A stretch of 26,273 nucleotides of DNA. It comes from Paramecium tetraurelia (taxonomy: Eukaryota). The notes below the pieces were generated by a model. It was not told the DNA's origin, made no database searches, and saw nothing but the letters and a program-made list of their open reading frames with translations. Below, piece by piece: positions 1 to 11,760 of this stretch (position 1 is the first letter of the stretch; each line of letters begins with the position of its first letter). Position numbers and translations under genes: made by a program. The stretch is taken from the NCBI GenBank assembly GCA_000165425.1, contig CT868058.1, positions 186,001-212,273 on the forward strand, given 5' to 3'.

Positions 1-399
1 CAAAAAATACATTTAAAGGAGCATAGGGTTTTGTGTTGGTGTATGATATCACATCAAAAAGCACTTTTGAACATGTGGAAGATTGGCTAGAAGTAAAACT
101 TAAGTTAATCCAAGTCAATCAATGATAACATTGATACAAATACAGTTTCGATTGTTTTAGTTGGAAATAAGTCTGATCTGGATGAATTGAGATAGATTTC
201 TAGAGATCAAGGACAGGCTTTGGCCAACAAACATAATCTCAACTTTTTTGAGACTTCAGCCAAGTTGGGAATTAATTTAAGTGAGGTTTTCGTTTCACTT
301 GCTAGAAATATCAGGAAAATCATAAACTCAGCAAACAAAGACACTGAGATGCTCACTACAGACAAAACTAAAAGTAAAAAGAAGAAAGGTTGCTGTTGA
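1..399 (+). CDS. Rab-family small GTPase, 3' part (5' end outside window)
   Basis: Code 6 translation gives ..FKGAQGFVLVYDIT..WLE|SINDNID..IVLVGNKSDL..FFETSAK..KKKKGCC*. It has the G4 NKxD and G5 ETSAK motifs and a terminal CC prenylation motif. 22-nt intron 93-114; TGA at 397-399. Confidence 0.95.
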
Positions 400-423
400 T
401 ATTCCATATACTAAGTTAATATA

Positions 424-885
424 TCAATATTATTCAATTTTGTTTCTGCAAGTGGGACACTCTGCTTTTATTATCAGCCAATCCTTTATACATTCATTAT
501 GGAAGTAATGATTGCATTTTAGAATTTTGATTAAGTTTTTGTCATTTATCTCTGATAAACATATTGCGCAAATTCTATTCTTCTTTATAAATATTTACTC
601 TGGCTGTGGGATTTCATCCACTCCTACCAAAATCGGTATGTCATCAAACCAATTTTTCGGCTTCCTTGCCTTCACTACCTTTAGATAAGATGGAATCGCT
701 TGAGGTATTTAAGTTAAATTCAAGTTCATGTAAATTTTGTAAAGGAACCTTTCTTCATAACACATTAATTACATAAGTTGCCAAGGGAATCGCGGTTATT
801 CGGTTTAACTCTTTTGAATCTTTTTCTTTATTTCCTACACTCTCTCATAAGCATTGTTCAATTATAATTATCTTCTTCTATTCAT
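424..885 (-). CDS. RING-H2 finger protein (putative E3 ubiquitin ligase), ~145-153 aa
   Basis: C-terminal CAICL..C-N-H-Y-F-H-N-E-C..W..C-P-T-C-R (C3H2C3 pattern). ATG 885, TGA 424-426. Possible in-frame 24-nt intron 575-598. Confidence 0.9.
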
Positions 886-968
886 TTGATTATTTATTTC
901 TCATTATTTTACTATAATCCAAACTAGATTTATACGAGATAAAATCTTCTATTTTAAAGAGTTATAAA

Positions 969-1470
969 TCACAATAATAATTATAATTCACTAGACAAAT
1001 CAAGAATTTATGATAAGTATTAAATTTTCTAATTATCCATGTACTTCAAAGATTGTTATCTATGTTGCTGTAACTCACTACTCAACTGCTCTATTATTTT
1101 ATCCCTATTCCTCAACAAATTTTGACAATTCTATATATCTTGTGCATATTGATTCTTTAATTTGGCCACTTCCTACTCCTTCTCCAATTACAAAGCATTC
1201 AAATACTCCTTCTAATATTGTTTCTCAGCCTCCAAATCCTTCTAACTCTACTCAGTCTTCACCTTGTTTACGCCTTAATTTTATTAACTAAATTGCATTA
1301 TCTCCTGATCCTTCTTGCTCACCTCTTTCGTCAATAATTACAACTTTGTATTCAAATAATTGATCTTCACTGTTAAAATTCAATATCTTTACTTTCTACT
1401 CATATACTTATTGCATTAATTGAATTTCAGCTTGCTTTAACTCTTCCAAACGAGCAATCTCCGAATTCAT
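969..1470 (-). CDS. Small coiled-coil protein of unknown function (~157 aa)
   Basis: MNSEIARLEELKQAEIQLMQQVYEQK|INYLNTKLQLLTKEVSKKDQE.. is E/Q/K/L-rich. One 28-nt GT..AG intron (1365-1392) restores the frame; TGA 969-971. Confidence 0.7.
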
Positions 1471-1881
1471 CTAATCGTTATTTAAATTAAATATTTTATA
1501 TAATATTTATACTCATCCTTTTCTTATACATTAACTTAAAATAATTAACTCACTCAAGTGTTCTAATTACTATATTTACACCACTGTTCCAATAATATAA
1601 TTTCCCTATTCATTTAAATACATTCTCTAGCATGCTCGGCTTATGATTTTTGTTTGGATTCAACAATTTGATTTTACTCTACACCGCTATTGCTCTGGTG
1701 AATCAGAAACAACTCTATGTATTTCATATTAATTTAAAATCATTTGGGAATCTATTTTCATAGATCTTCATTTTTGATTTCAAAAATCATATATAAATTG
1801 ACCAAAAACAATACATCATCCCTTGTTTAAGTATAATTTTAATTAGCTTTCTTCCTTATTTTATAATGTATTAGTATGCCG

Positions 1882-2331
1882 TCAATTTTAATACGAAACA
1901 CATATTGGATTTTCAATAATTCTCATAAAATCTGCAATGTATTTTATACCCTAAACATTTCTGATTTCCTCATAACTATCGTCTTTTTCATCTGTCATAC
2001 ATTAGCCATTTTTCAATGAACTCTATAAAAGAGAGTACGTACAGATATCACAACACTCTATCTACTAAATTTTTTGTAACAAAGGTATCAATGATTTGTT
2101 GGCTAAATAAATTGCATTCAGAATTTCCTTTTTATGCTTATCAATATTTAAACAGTATTTCTCAATTCAATAGATTTCCTTATACGTTTTTATATGATTT
2201 TTTTTGGTCATCATCCATTTCATCAAAATACTATGCAATTAATCCTCTACGACTCTCTCTTCTTATTAATAACCAAAGCACATTAAGTAATTAATGTAAA
2301 TAAAAGTTGACACAAACTCATCTCTAAGCAT
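1882..2331 (-). CDS. Possible hypothetical protein or decayed gene
   Basis: An ORF (MLRDEFVSTF..YFDEMDDDQKKSYKN|KYCLNIDKHKKEILNA..) can be built only by invoking two tiny introns. Downstream sequence to ~1513 gives only broken frames. No motif recognised. Confidence 0.3.
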
Positions 2332-2423
2332 TTATTATTGACATTATTTCTTAAGAAAAATTAATAAAGAAGGCAAGAAAAGGAAAGCAAAAAGTGCAAA
2401 TTGAATAATATAATTTTTAAAAT

Positions 2424-3016
2424 ATGTTAAAGGAATTAGAGAAATATCGTGTCCCAGATAATTTCACTGGAGCTCGTTTGTAGATTGCTTGTACTCAAAT
2501 AATCGAGAGTTGGGTAGCTTTGAAGCTTGCTTTTGAGCATTAAACTCAAACGATCCAGGAGAGTCCTGAGAATATCAAAAAGCTGATGTCTTACTAATTG
2601 GCAGCTTACATTTATAATTGCGAGACCGAAAAAGAGGACTTAGTATAATTTCTCTCAGTGTATTTGGAATAATACTTATAGTTGATAATTGAAGACAATT
2701 CAGATCAATATGTAAAATATTGATTTATTATAAGATTGCTGAGAGACTGTTGGATGTGTATAACGATTTGGAATAAGATAAGGAGGGTAAGTATTTGCAG
2801 TTGCTAGAAGATATCAGGTTGTATAATGAGCAGAATAAGAATCTTAAACATGTGGCTAATATTTAAGATTCAGATGAGGACTCTGAAAATGAGGAACCTC
2901 CTTAATTGGTTCAATAATAGCAGCAATAAATGCAAGTTGAGGAGGAGGAAGATAGTGTTGATTCGGATGGTTATGAAACAGTTAAACCAAAGAAAAGGTA
3001 CAATAAGCGTAATTGA
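2424..3016 (+). CDS. TSR2: Pre-rRNA-processing protein Tsr2-like (eS26 chaperone family)
   Basis: ..IIESWVALKLAFEH....LIIEDNSDQY|IAERLLDVY.. then an acidic tail ending VDSDGYETVKPKKR*, matching Tsr2 architecture. 23-nt intron 2712-2734. Confidence 0.75.
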
Positions 3017-3123
3017 TGAATGTTAGCTTTATATATATTAATTGTTTAATTGGGATTAATAATTATTGACAATATATTTTTTAATGCTAGAAAATACTAA
3101 TAATATATATATAATAATTTTAT

Positions 3124-4794
3124 ATGTAACCATAATCTAAATAGTAGGCAAAAGAGGAGGAATAGAAGAGGATGGAAAATCACATTTTGGAGAAGTTTGA
3201 ATTGCTGGAATTCAAGGGGAAAGGAGCATATGGAGTAGTTTGGAAGGCTCTTGATCGCAAGACTAATTAGGTAGTAGCACTCAAGAAAGTATATGCTATA
3301 AATAGGATTTAGATTTTTGATGCTTTCCACAATGACACTGATTCATAGAGAACATTTAGGGAGGTGATCTTCTTGGAGCAACTCAGGAATCATGAAAACA
3401 TAATCAGATTGACATCTGTCATAAAGGCAGAGAACAATAAAGATTTGTATATGGTATTCGATTACATGGAGACGGATGTGCACAATGTATGTATGCTTGT
3501 TAGAGAACTAGGTGATAAGAGGAAAGATTCTGCAACCCCTTCACAAAAAATATATAGTTTATCAAGTGTTGAAGGGTTTAAAATATTTACACACTGGCGA
3601 AGTAATCCATAGAGATTTGAAACCTTCCAATTTGTTGATCAATTCAGAATGCAAAGTCAAAATAGCGGATTTTGGATTGGCCAGAAGTGTAGCTAAGCCA
3701 GAGGACGACACAAATCCCATACTCACTGAAAGTGTAGCTACAAGATGGTATAGAGCCCCTGAGATATTGTTTGGATCTTCAACTTATTCCAAGGCAGTTG
3801 ACATTTGGAGCTTGGGATGCATAGTGGGAGAAATGTTATTAGGAAAAGCTCTCTTCCCAGGGAGCTCCAATTTGAATTAGATTGAAAAGATAATGGAACT
3901 CATAGGACGACCTACTCCAGAAGACCTAGAAGCCTTATGTGCTCCGATGGCAGAGCACATGATGCAGAACTTAACAATTAAGTAGATGATTGGTTTTGTG
4001 CAAACCTTTCCAACTGCTACTGAAGACGCTATTGATTTCCTCAAGTAAATTAATATGTATATACCTTTGCAGGAAGACTCTGGTCTACAATCCAAATAAA
4101 AGAATGACAGTGGAGCAGGCATTGGAACATAGCTATATCAAAGAGTTTAAGAATAAAGAGGTGGAGTCTAAGAGAGGTATAATAATTCATGGTATAAACG
4201 GTAGATACACCGTTGGAAACATTGATGGATGACAATCATAAGTATTCAACTAAGGATTATCAGAATTTTCTGTATAGTCGCATAGATCAAAAAAGGAGAA
4301 TTGAATAGAAATAGAAGCTCATCAAAAGTTAGAACAATAGTGTGAATACAAGTCTTGACAAGTCCTCATCTCCTACTAAAAAGGAATCTTCCACTGCAAA
4401 GAAGGATCCTGAGAAACCCAAAGTTGAAAATGATAGTCAACAGCCTCATAGAGGTCTTCATTGGAAATCTCAGTCCTACTCTTAAGGGTAGTTTATGCGG
4501 AGGACTGCTTCATAGGAGGATAATTAGTTTTAGGTCTCGATGTATCAAAGTCCCACTTAAAAGAAGCAACAGCAGATGTTTCCAATGGTCGATTCCAATA
4601 GTCCAATGAACAAGGGGAATAGGAGATCTTCATTGGACAAGAAGTTGCTGAGCACCTTGACTGCCACTCTGCAGAGTACTCTATCTCAATAGTAGTTTTC
4701 GAGAAAAGGAATGCAAGCTTCAGTATCTAAATCGAATGTTTTCAATAAATCAATGAACACACAGTACAATGCATTATTGCAGAAGAAGAAATGA
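3124..4794 (+). CDS. MAP kinase, ERK7/MAPK15-like, with long low-complexity C-terminal tail
   Basis: [33 protein letters not shown] (ERK7 signature), [27 protein letters not shown]. Introns 3289-3312, 3487-3511, 4045-4072, 4177-4204; TGA 4792-4794. Confidence 0.95.
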
Positions 4795-4859
4795 ACTTGA
4801 TATTTTACATATATCTATATACGAAATTAAATGGGGTGACAAATATTATTAATATTACA

Positions 4860-5935
4860 ATGAAAATTAACATTATTTTAAATCTAATCAAGTTAAAAAA
4901 AGAACGAGGATAAATATAAAAAATATTAGACAACCTCCATCCTGAAGAACAAGATTTTGCATCCAATAAGTAAGAGGAAATCCTTTATTTCAATATTTAC
5001 ATTTTGACCATCCTTCCTATATTGAGGATACTGGAGATTATTAAACATTCTCTCATTGAAAAGTTCATTACTAAAATACCAGCATTCTATCCCTTCTCTA
5101 AATAGTAGGTCGAAGAGGAATCCCTGCATATCTTCAACGACTTTCTCGAATCTCTTTCATAGAAAGGGTAGATGAATGTTAATAAATATATCCACAATGT
5201 CATCAAAAAGTAGATCACTTATCAAGAAGCCTTGAAGTTAGCCACAACTGCTAAAACTCATCTAGCATAGTCGAGTGATTTCCAAAGACAATCTTCAATT
5301 CAATTGAAACATATCAATGGGAATGTGAAGTCAAATCTAAAATGTCTGACTTTTATGAGAATACGGCTGATGATCATTTGTAAAGGAATGCTACCGAAAA
5401 CAGAACATTTGATTTTCTGTACATCTTTATAGGAGACATACACAATCATAAATTGCTTGAGGATCCAGAATACATTTAGAACCAAATCTAGCATATGAAT
5501 CCTGAATATTGGAAAATCAAATACACACCAGTTTTGAAGAAGATCAGCGAATGCATCGACGAAGATTTGGAGGATTTCATTAAGCAAGAGGATACTCAAA
5601 AGAAATAGGAACAATAATAATCAATATACGAGTATTGTTGTATCCTTAGATCAATTTGCTAATATGCGGTAGATCTATTAAAAAGTGTGAATGTGGCTAC
5701 GCTGTATTACTATTCTGTCATCTATTCATTTCAGAAGTTTGTGAACCGTTTGGATGGAGTTGAAGATCTGCAGAGAATATTGTATTTAACTTAGAATCAT
5801 ATTAAGGAGAGGAAGTACAAGTAACATGTGAGAGACTTTTTGAGAGGACGTTCAAATTTCATAAGGGAGATGCGAAATAAGTCTTTAGTTGATAAGGGAG
5901 AAAGAGAGTTGATTAAAATAATTTTAAATTTCTGA
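4860..5935 (+). CDS. Hypothetical protein (~358 aa if joined) with an apparent 1-nt frame break near 5280; possible pseudogene or assembly error
   Basis: Frame A is open 4860-5498 and frame B is open 5279-5935. No canonical 20-33 nt intron of suitable length links them. The start codon is uncertain. Confidence 0.6.
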
Positions 5936-5951
5936 TTTTTTTATTTATTTT

Positions 5952-6636
5952 ATGTTAAAACCACATAAAGTGCTGCTGCATGAGTTTGCTGAACTGATAT
6001 TGAATCAGAGAGTAGAGTAGAAACCCTCAAGTTTGAGACACTCGAATGTGTTGAATCTGTGGCAGATCAAGGGGATATGGGTGAATGAGAATTCGGATTT
6101 AAGATTGCAGATGAATTTCTACATTCAGAAATGGAATACTCGGATTCTAGTTGAAGTTTGGGTCTTAGAAGTAATCATAACAAACGAGTAATAGAACAAC
6201 ACTAAAAAGATAATTTAAGATTAGCGATCAGGCATTTAAGAAAACACAACGTCTAGCTCTTTTACAATCTAGGAGTATTCTAGGAATATTGGCCAATCTC
6301 CCACTTTCTCAAGAAATCCCCTCCTTCAACAAGCATATGAAGATAGCATACAATATTGAGAACTCTTCAATTCCACAACATTTTCAAACCATCAATTTTC
6401 CAGTGATCCCTTGTCCCAGCAAAAAGGTCACTTATTTGTACATCCAAGTCCATTACTAGAAGGAAATCGTATTCTCTCCACAACCAAAACTAGCCCAGAA
6501 ACCAATCACCTAAAGAGAAGATGCTGAAATGAACACTTTGCATCAGATTCAGAAGAGCTTCAGAAACAGAACCAAAGCTTCTTCTTAGATTGCTGAGACT
6601 CTTGAATACTTTAATTTAATAAATTAAACACTTTGA
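5952..6636 (+). CDS. Atg13-like HORMA-domain protein (~220 aa, essentially HORMA only)
   Basis: FAELILNQRV..LNL..ILVEVWVLEV..FKIS..RLALLQSRSILGILANLP..KIAYNI..FQTINF..LYIQVHY aligns by eye, in order, with Atg13 N-terminal HORMA motifs. One 22-nt intron 6188-6209. Confidence 0.65.
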
Positions 6637-6649
6637 AATGAATTATTAC

Positions 6650-6670
6650 TATATATATATATATATATAT
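6650..6670. repeat. (TA)n microsatellite, ~10 units
   Basis: Uninterrupted tatata.. run in the 48-nt spacer between TGA 6636 and ATG 6685. Confidence 0.95.
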
Positions 6671-6684
6671 TTATTAATAACTGA

Positions 6685-8715
6685 ATGATCATCGATTCAA
6701 CTTTGGTAGTCAAGATCACTTTCTATGCAAGCATGGTGATTTTCATTTCCCTAACATTCACAAGCATTCTCTTTGGTTAACCTGAAAAGCTGACAAGAGG
6801 ATTTGATCCAGATGGTAAAACACATATTAATATCTAGGCATTGCATGTGGTGCTGATTTTGGATCCAAAGAATACCCCTACATTTATTTCAGTAATCCCA
6901 CCCCTTCTACTTAGTATTAATCAGTTTGTGTGAAATCATGTCCCAAACCCGATCGCTAGAATACAAGTACATATAAAATTCAAATCATTAGTGCCCACAC
7001 AACTGGAATGTGTACCAAACTCTATTGTTCAGTAATGTAAGGCTAAATTCTCCATTGATAATCCAGACGACTAGTTTTTAATATATGATACTTTCCTTTA
7101 CAAAGGCAATATCTGTATGCCTAGAAATTTAGCCTATTATGAGGCGATCAAAGATATAGCAACTCCTCCATCTAGGTTAACAAATACAAGTGACGTGTTT
7201 TATAATAAATGGATGCTCCTCATCTATATTATCCTTGCTGGTATTGCTTCAAAATTACTGCTTGTCTAATTAAAGGCCAATACCTAATATAGTGTCTGGG
7301 GTTTGACCTTGGGATTATTTGTATTTGTGGGAAGTCTGGGAATTATTTTTATTTCCTAAGTAAGAGAAGCTATCAAAAACTCATTAGAAACTAATTCAAT
7401 ATCTTCCTTTTAGGTTGATGAAGAGTATATTTTGAAAATGACAAATGTACCAGATCCAATCAATTTAATATTTTTATCCTTTGTTTTTGTAATACTGACA
7501 TTTTATGGAGCTTATTTCCTATATAACAATTATGATAGAATCAAAAATCTGTCGGAATTATTTGAATAAGTGGAAAAGTTTATGGCTGAACACGAATACC
7601 TTCAAGAATTCTCATATCCTATGATTATAGTACTTAATTTCTTTCTATTTTTAACCATCTACACGGTTCTGTATTAATTCATATATTCACAGTAGATCAT
7701 TAAGAGCTTGTTTTGTGATTGATTTCCAATAGATTGGACCCTTTGAAAAGATCTAAGGAGGAGTTCTCTATTATTTCCAGTTCTTGATATATATCTTTTT
7801 CTTTTGGGGAGTCCAAGTAATCTTCGGATTGAATAACTACATCATATCATCATCCTTAGTATAATGGATTCAAGTGGGTCACGTACATAATCAGGAGTAA
7901 GAACTTCAATACAATCACAATTAATCTTCCCTTGTTTTAACCAGATACTTTTTGCAAGAAGCCTTCTACAACATAGGTAAGATAACTTTTGCCTCACTTC
8001 TACTACTGATTTCCCCAGTCAAGTTTGTGTGTGATGCTTTGAAGGATTGGGCAGTCAGGAGAAAAAATGAGAAGTTTAGAAATTTCCTTGTAAAATATTG
8101 CTGTTTGCCCTTCATTGAGATATACAATAAAACCAGACAAATCGAGGAAGTTGTTTATGTGGAATTAGCAATAAATAGAAAAAAAAATTTATCCATCAAT
8201 TTGTGCTTGAAATTCATTGATGAATATTTGGAACTGAAATAGGAGGATTCGAGCACTGCAGAAATCTTCGAATAATTAAGTAATTTTTCATTAATACAGA
8301 ATAGGAAATACCGTTGATTCATTCTTGTTGATAACCAAAATATTTATTGCCTTGTTTTGTGCAATAATCTGTAAGGTCATTTTGGGTTTCAAATACTTTT
8401 CAAAAGAGATGTATGAGACCAATCTCACTTGTTTGGTTGCTGCAATGATAGGATATTATGTTGCTTCATTGTACTTCTAAACCTATTCGATTGTTCTTTA
8501 AGGTTTTGGCTACATTTATTTGAGAACAATGAATATATGTAAAAAGAATAATGAAAATTTTGAGAAGAATCAATAGAAGAAGAAGGACAATGCGTTTGAT
8601 ACATTTAAGAATCTTTTTAAAGTATCTAATTATACTATTTTAGGAATTCTCTGATATCATGATTCAATATGAGAATAAACTGAAAGAATAGAAAAATGAG
8701 GAACTTCCAATTTGA
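6685..8715 (+). CDS. Choline transporter-like (CTL/SLC44 family) multi-pass membrane protein
   Basis: An N-terminal TM is followed by GQPEKLTRGFDPDG|IACG..YPYIYF..VCVKSCP..ICMP (CTL extracellular loop pattern) and many hydrophobic helices. Introns 6815-6837, 6967-6991, 7671-7695, 8280-8304, 8622-8643. Confidence 0.85.
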
Positions 8716-8810
8716 TAAAATATATATGTTTAGACAATTAGATATATATTATTTATATGTATGTATAATTATATATAAATATTATCAAAAATATAGGAAA
8801 AAAGCAAAAG

Positions 8811-11185
8811 ATGGATAAAATAATTGCTTCTGCTACAAGTGTCAAGGAGAAACTAAAAGCGCTTGAGTAGAGCTGTAAAGGGTTGAACTAACAAGAGATT
8901 GAAGGAGTATATAAACACATACACACTTTAGGAGAAGACTCTTTGGTGTTATTGGATTAGGCATAAAAAATCAATTTCGGAAATATTTTCAGTGATCTTC
9001 AATTATTTAAGAGAGTGAGAGAAAGCATAAGGGAATTGGATCAAATTTGCATCTACCTTAATTACTTGGATGACAGAATTTAAGGATATAGAGGATTTTT
9101 GAAAGAATTGGGATTCTAAAGTGAAAAGCTCATTATGGAATTCAGACAGAAAGGAAACATTCTATAAAAGCTGCATCTCGATACACAGGATCTAAATGTT
9201 CAGAGATAGATGATTGGATTGATCATTAAGTTGTGTCCGAAAGACTTAAGCTTTAATCCTGAGTTGTTTTAATTGATGCAAATCCCATTTAAATGTTTGA
9301 AACAATAAAATCGTTAAGATATCGAATTATTGGATAGTCTGGCAAGTGTTTTATTGCTACAATGCGATGGAAAAGGAGAGGCCGATCAAAATTAAGTGCA
9401 TGATTGGATGTGTCTCATTAGTGGGATTGTGTAGCATGCCTATGATGGAAACACAATGGGATTGAATATCTTACTAAGCAAAGTACTAGTATCAATATAT
9501 AATCATAGATAAAATTAGATTATTTGAGTGATTTGTTGATTAGCAACAAAAATTACATGTTGGACAATTACTTTAAGAACTCTCAAGATACAATCAAAAT
9601 ATTTCAAGGCTTGACATCCCATTGCATAAGCCAAGAAGCAATTTTCATCATCAAAACTGTTAGTCAAATGTTTTATGATATAGTAAAGGATCAAAATGAT
9701 GAGTAATATTTACACATACTAAGAGAAGTTTATTAGGAATTCATCCTCACTAAGATATTGGAAAATTTGTAAATTTTGAACCTGACTCATGAAATCATCG
9801 ATCTTTTACTCTTCTATATTATAGGAATGTCATCAATTGATTAAGAACCCTTTAAGCGATCAATTAAGCTCATGGTATCTAGATTAACATTGAATGCATC
9901 ATTGAAATTCAATACTGCAGATCACATAACTCCTAGATTTCAATTCCTGTAAATGATAAACTACAACTACAAAGCATTGAATTAAATTGAAGATTTCCAT
10001 AAGATTTACAGGTTTTTCGAAGAGAAATCATTAGAAAAAAATAAATACACTTAAATTAGTAAATGCTACCCTTGGGAATTCCAAACTGTCAAAAGTCAGA
10101 TTACTCCCAAGAGTTCTCTATAATAGAGAGATTCCAAAGACTTTGTAGGATTAGAGAATCTTACTAACACTTGCTTTATGAATAGTATCCTTCAAAGCTT
10201 ATACATGACTGAGAGTTTTAGAAAGTTCGTTTTGTAAATGTAAATTCCTAATTCAATTCTCCAACTAACACCTCAAACTTCTCTATGGAATTGTCTCAAA
10301 AAACTATTCACATAATTAACATATCAAAATTATGGCTATTGTTCCCCTTACGAATTGAAACGATCCTTGAGACAACCCTATTGTAACACCAACGACTAAT
10401 AGGATGTTGGGGAATTTGTTCATCATTTCTTGGAAGACTTATTTGAAGTAACTCCAAACGAAGCCTTTAAAACTACTATTGGAAACCAGTTCTTTGGGTA
10501 TCAAAGATAAATCATTAAATGTTATAATTGTGTCAAACCTCAACCAAATTACGGATACAAAGAAAAATTCTTAGGCATTGATTTGCATTTCAATAAATAA
10601 AATAACATAGACATTATAAGTATGATCAAGAAAGCCTACGAAGAAGAATAAATAGAATTTACATGTGAAAGATGTAGATAAAAGACAAATAAAATCTATA
10701 AATCTCAACAATTGCTACAATTACCATCAGTTTTATTTATGACACTCCATAGGTATCTCCTATCCTTGTATTTATAAGGTTCACATATGATCAGAATAGC
10801 CAAACAATGACCAAAATCTTAACTAAAGTTCCATTCCAATTTTAAATTGATTTCCGAGAAGCCTTCCCAAATAATCATCTTAATAGTTAAGATAGCGTTT
10901 ATAATCTTTATGCATTCATAGTTCATTTGGTATTACTTAACTACTAATTAATTTAAGGGTAAAAACAGTAACTCTGGTCATTACATTTGCTATGCCAGAT
11001 AACTAAATAAGCCTGACACCTGGATTGCCTTTGATGATACTATGATTTCGGTCTTTTAATTCAGTAGCAAACAATTGGATGAAGAATTGATGTATAAACA
11101 AATATATTTTAATAGAGTAGAGGAGTCACCTTATTTGTTGTTCTATTAAAATTTATCAGGATAACCATTGATATTTAATAATTGA
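8811..11185 (+). CDS. Ubiquitin-specific protease (peptidase C19) with long helical N-terminal region
   Basis: Cys box VGLENLTNTCFMNSILQSL, QQDVGEF, two CxxC pairs, His box YAFIVHL|GKNSNSGHYICY and WIAFDD. Introns 9483-9508, 10753-10778, 10930-10957 and probably 11092-11115. Confidence 0.95.
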
Positions 11186-11223
11186 TTTTATGATTATGAA
11201 TTCTTTAATATAAATAGATGAAG

Positions 11224-11696
11224 TCAAACTGTAGATTCAATTTAAACTTTAAAGCATCTGATGTCACCCGTTTATTTATAATATACATAATTTTTGAAAT
11301 TCTTGGTGTATTGATCCCACATCTACTTCTCCTTTAATTCATCTGTCACAATATACACTGTCGCATATGGTAAGCCAAAAATCATTAATTTCATCAAAAA
11401 TGATGTCCATTTGCCTTAAATTCTTGAAATCAAAGGGAGATTCTTATAAAAGTATATTGCAATTAAAGAGACACCAACTGAACCTATCAAACCATAATCT
11501 CGATATTTTTGTAATTCAACATGTTATTTGAAGAATTCATTCTTGAAAACATAATAATTAAGCAATTATTCCTTTAATAGAGTTAAATAGCAGATACATT
11601 CTTCATCATGTCTTTATAGAATTGATTATTATTAACCTTAGGATAGAATTTAACGGTATAATCGTGATTATAGAGATCTCTCTTGGGTAACAACAT
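11224..11696 (-). CDS. Small two-TM membrane protein of unknown function (~148 aa)
   Basis: MLLPKRDLYNHDY..|..YGLIGSVGVSLIAIYFY..WTSFLMKLMIFGLPYATVYIV..*. 26-nt intron 11572-11597. Confidence 0.75.
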
Positions 11697-11760
11697 TATC
11701 AATTTAATAAATATATTTAAATCCCATTCCAATTTGGTTACAAAATATTCTTATAATTAA

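Noticed and set aside
207..407. 66-aa minus-strand ORF with a hydrophobic N-terminus
   Set aside because: It is the antisense shadow of the Rab C-terminus on the plus strand.
1010..1291. 93-aa plus-strand S/P-rich ORF
   Set aside because: It is antisense to the E/Q/K-rich minus-strand gene at 969-1470.
2826..4609. Track ORFs 2826-3026, 3097-3330, 3877-4122, 3990-4232, 4050-4235 and 4355-4609 as separate genes
   Set aside because: They are off-frame, antisense or partial-exon pieces of the Tsr2 and MAPK genes.
4926..5614. Two minus-strand ORFs (67 and 104 aa)
   Set aside because: They are shadows of much longer code-6 plus-strand frames.
8907..8931. GTA..TAG 25-nt intron-like segment in the USP gene
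   Set aside because: Splicing it out leads to a TGA, while reading through keeps the frame open, so it is exonic.
11697..11701. Apparent 2-nt gap (TGA-TA-ATG) between the kinase and the small TM gene
   Set aside because: That TGA is not in the kinase frame. The real stop is 11761-11763, leaving a 64-nt spacer.
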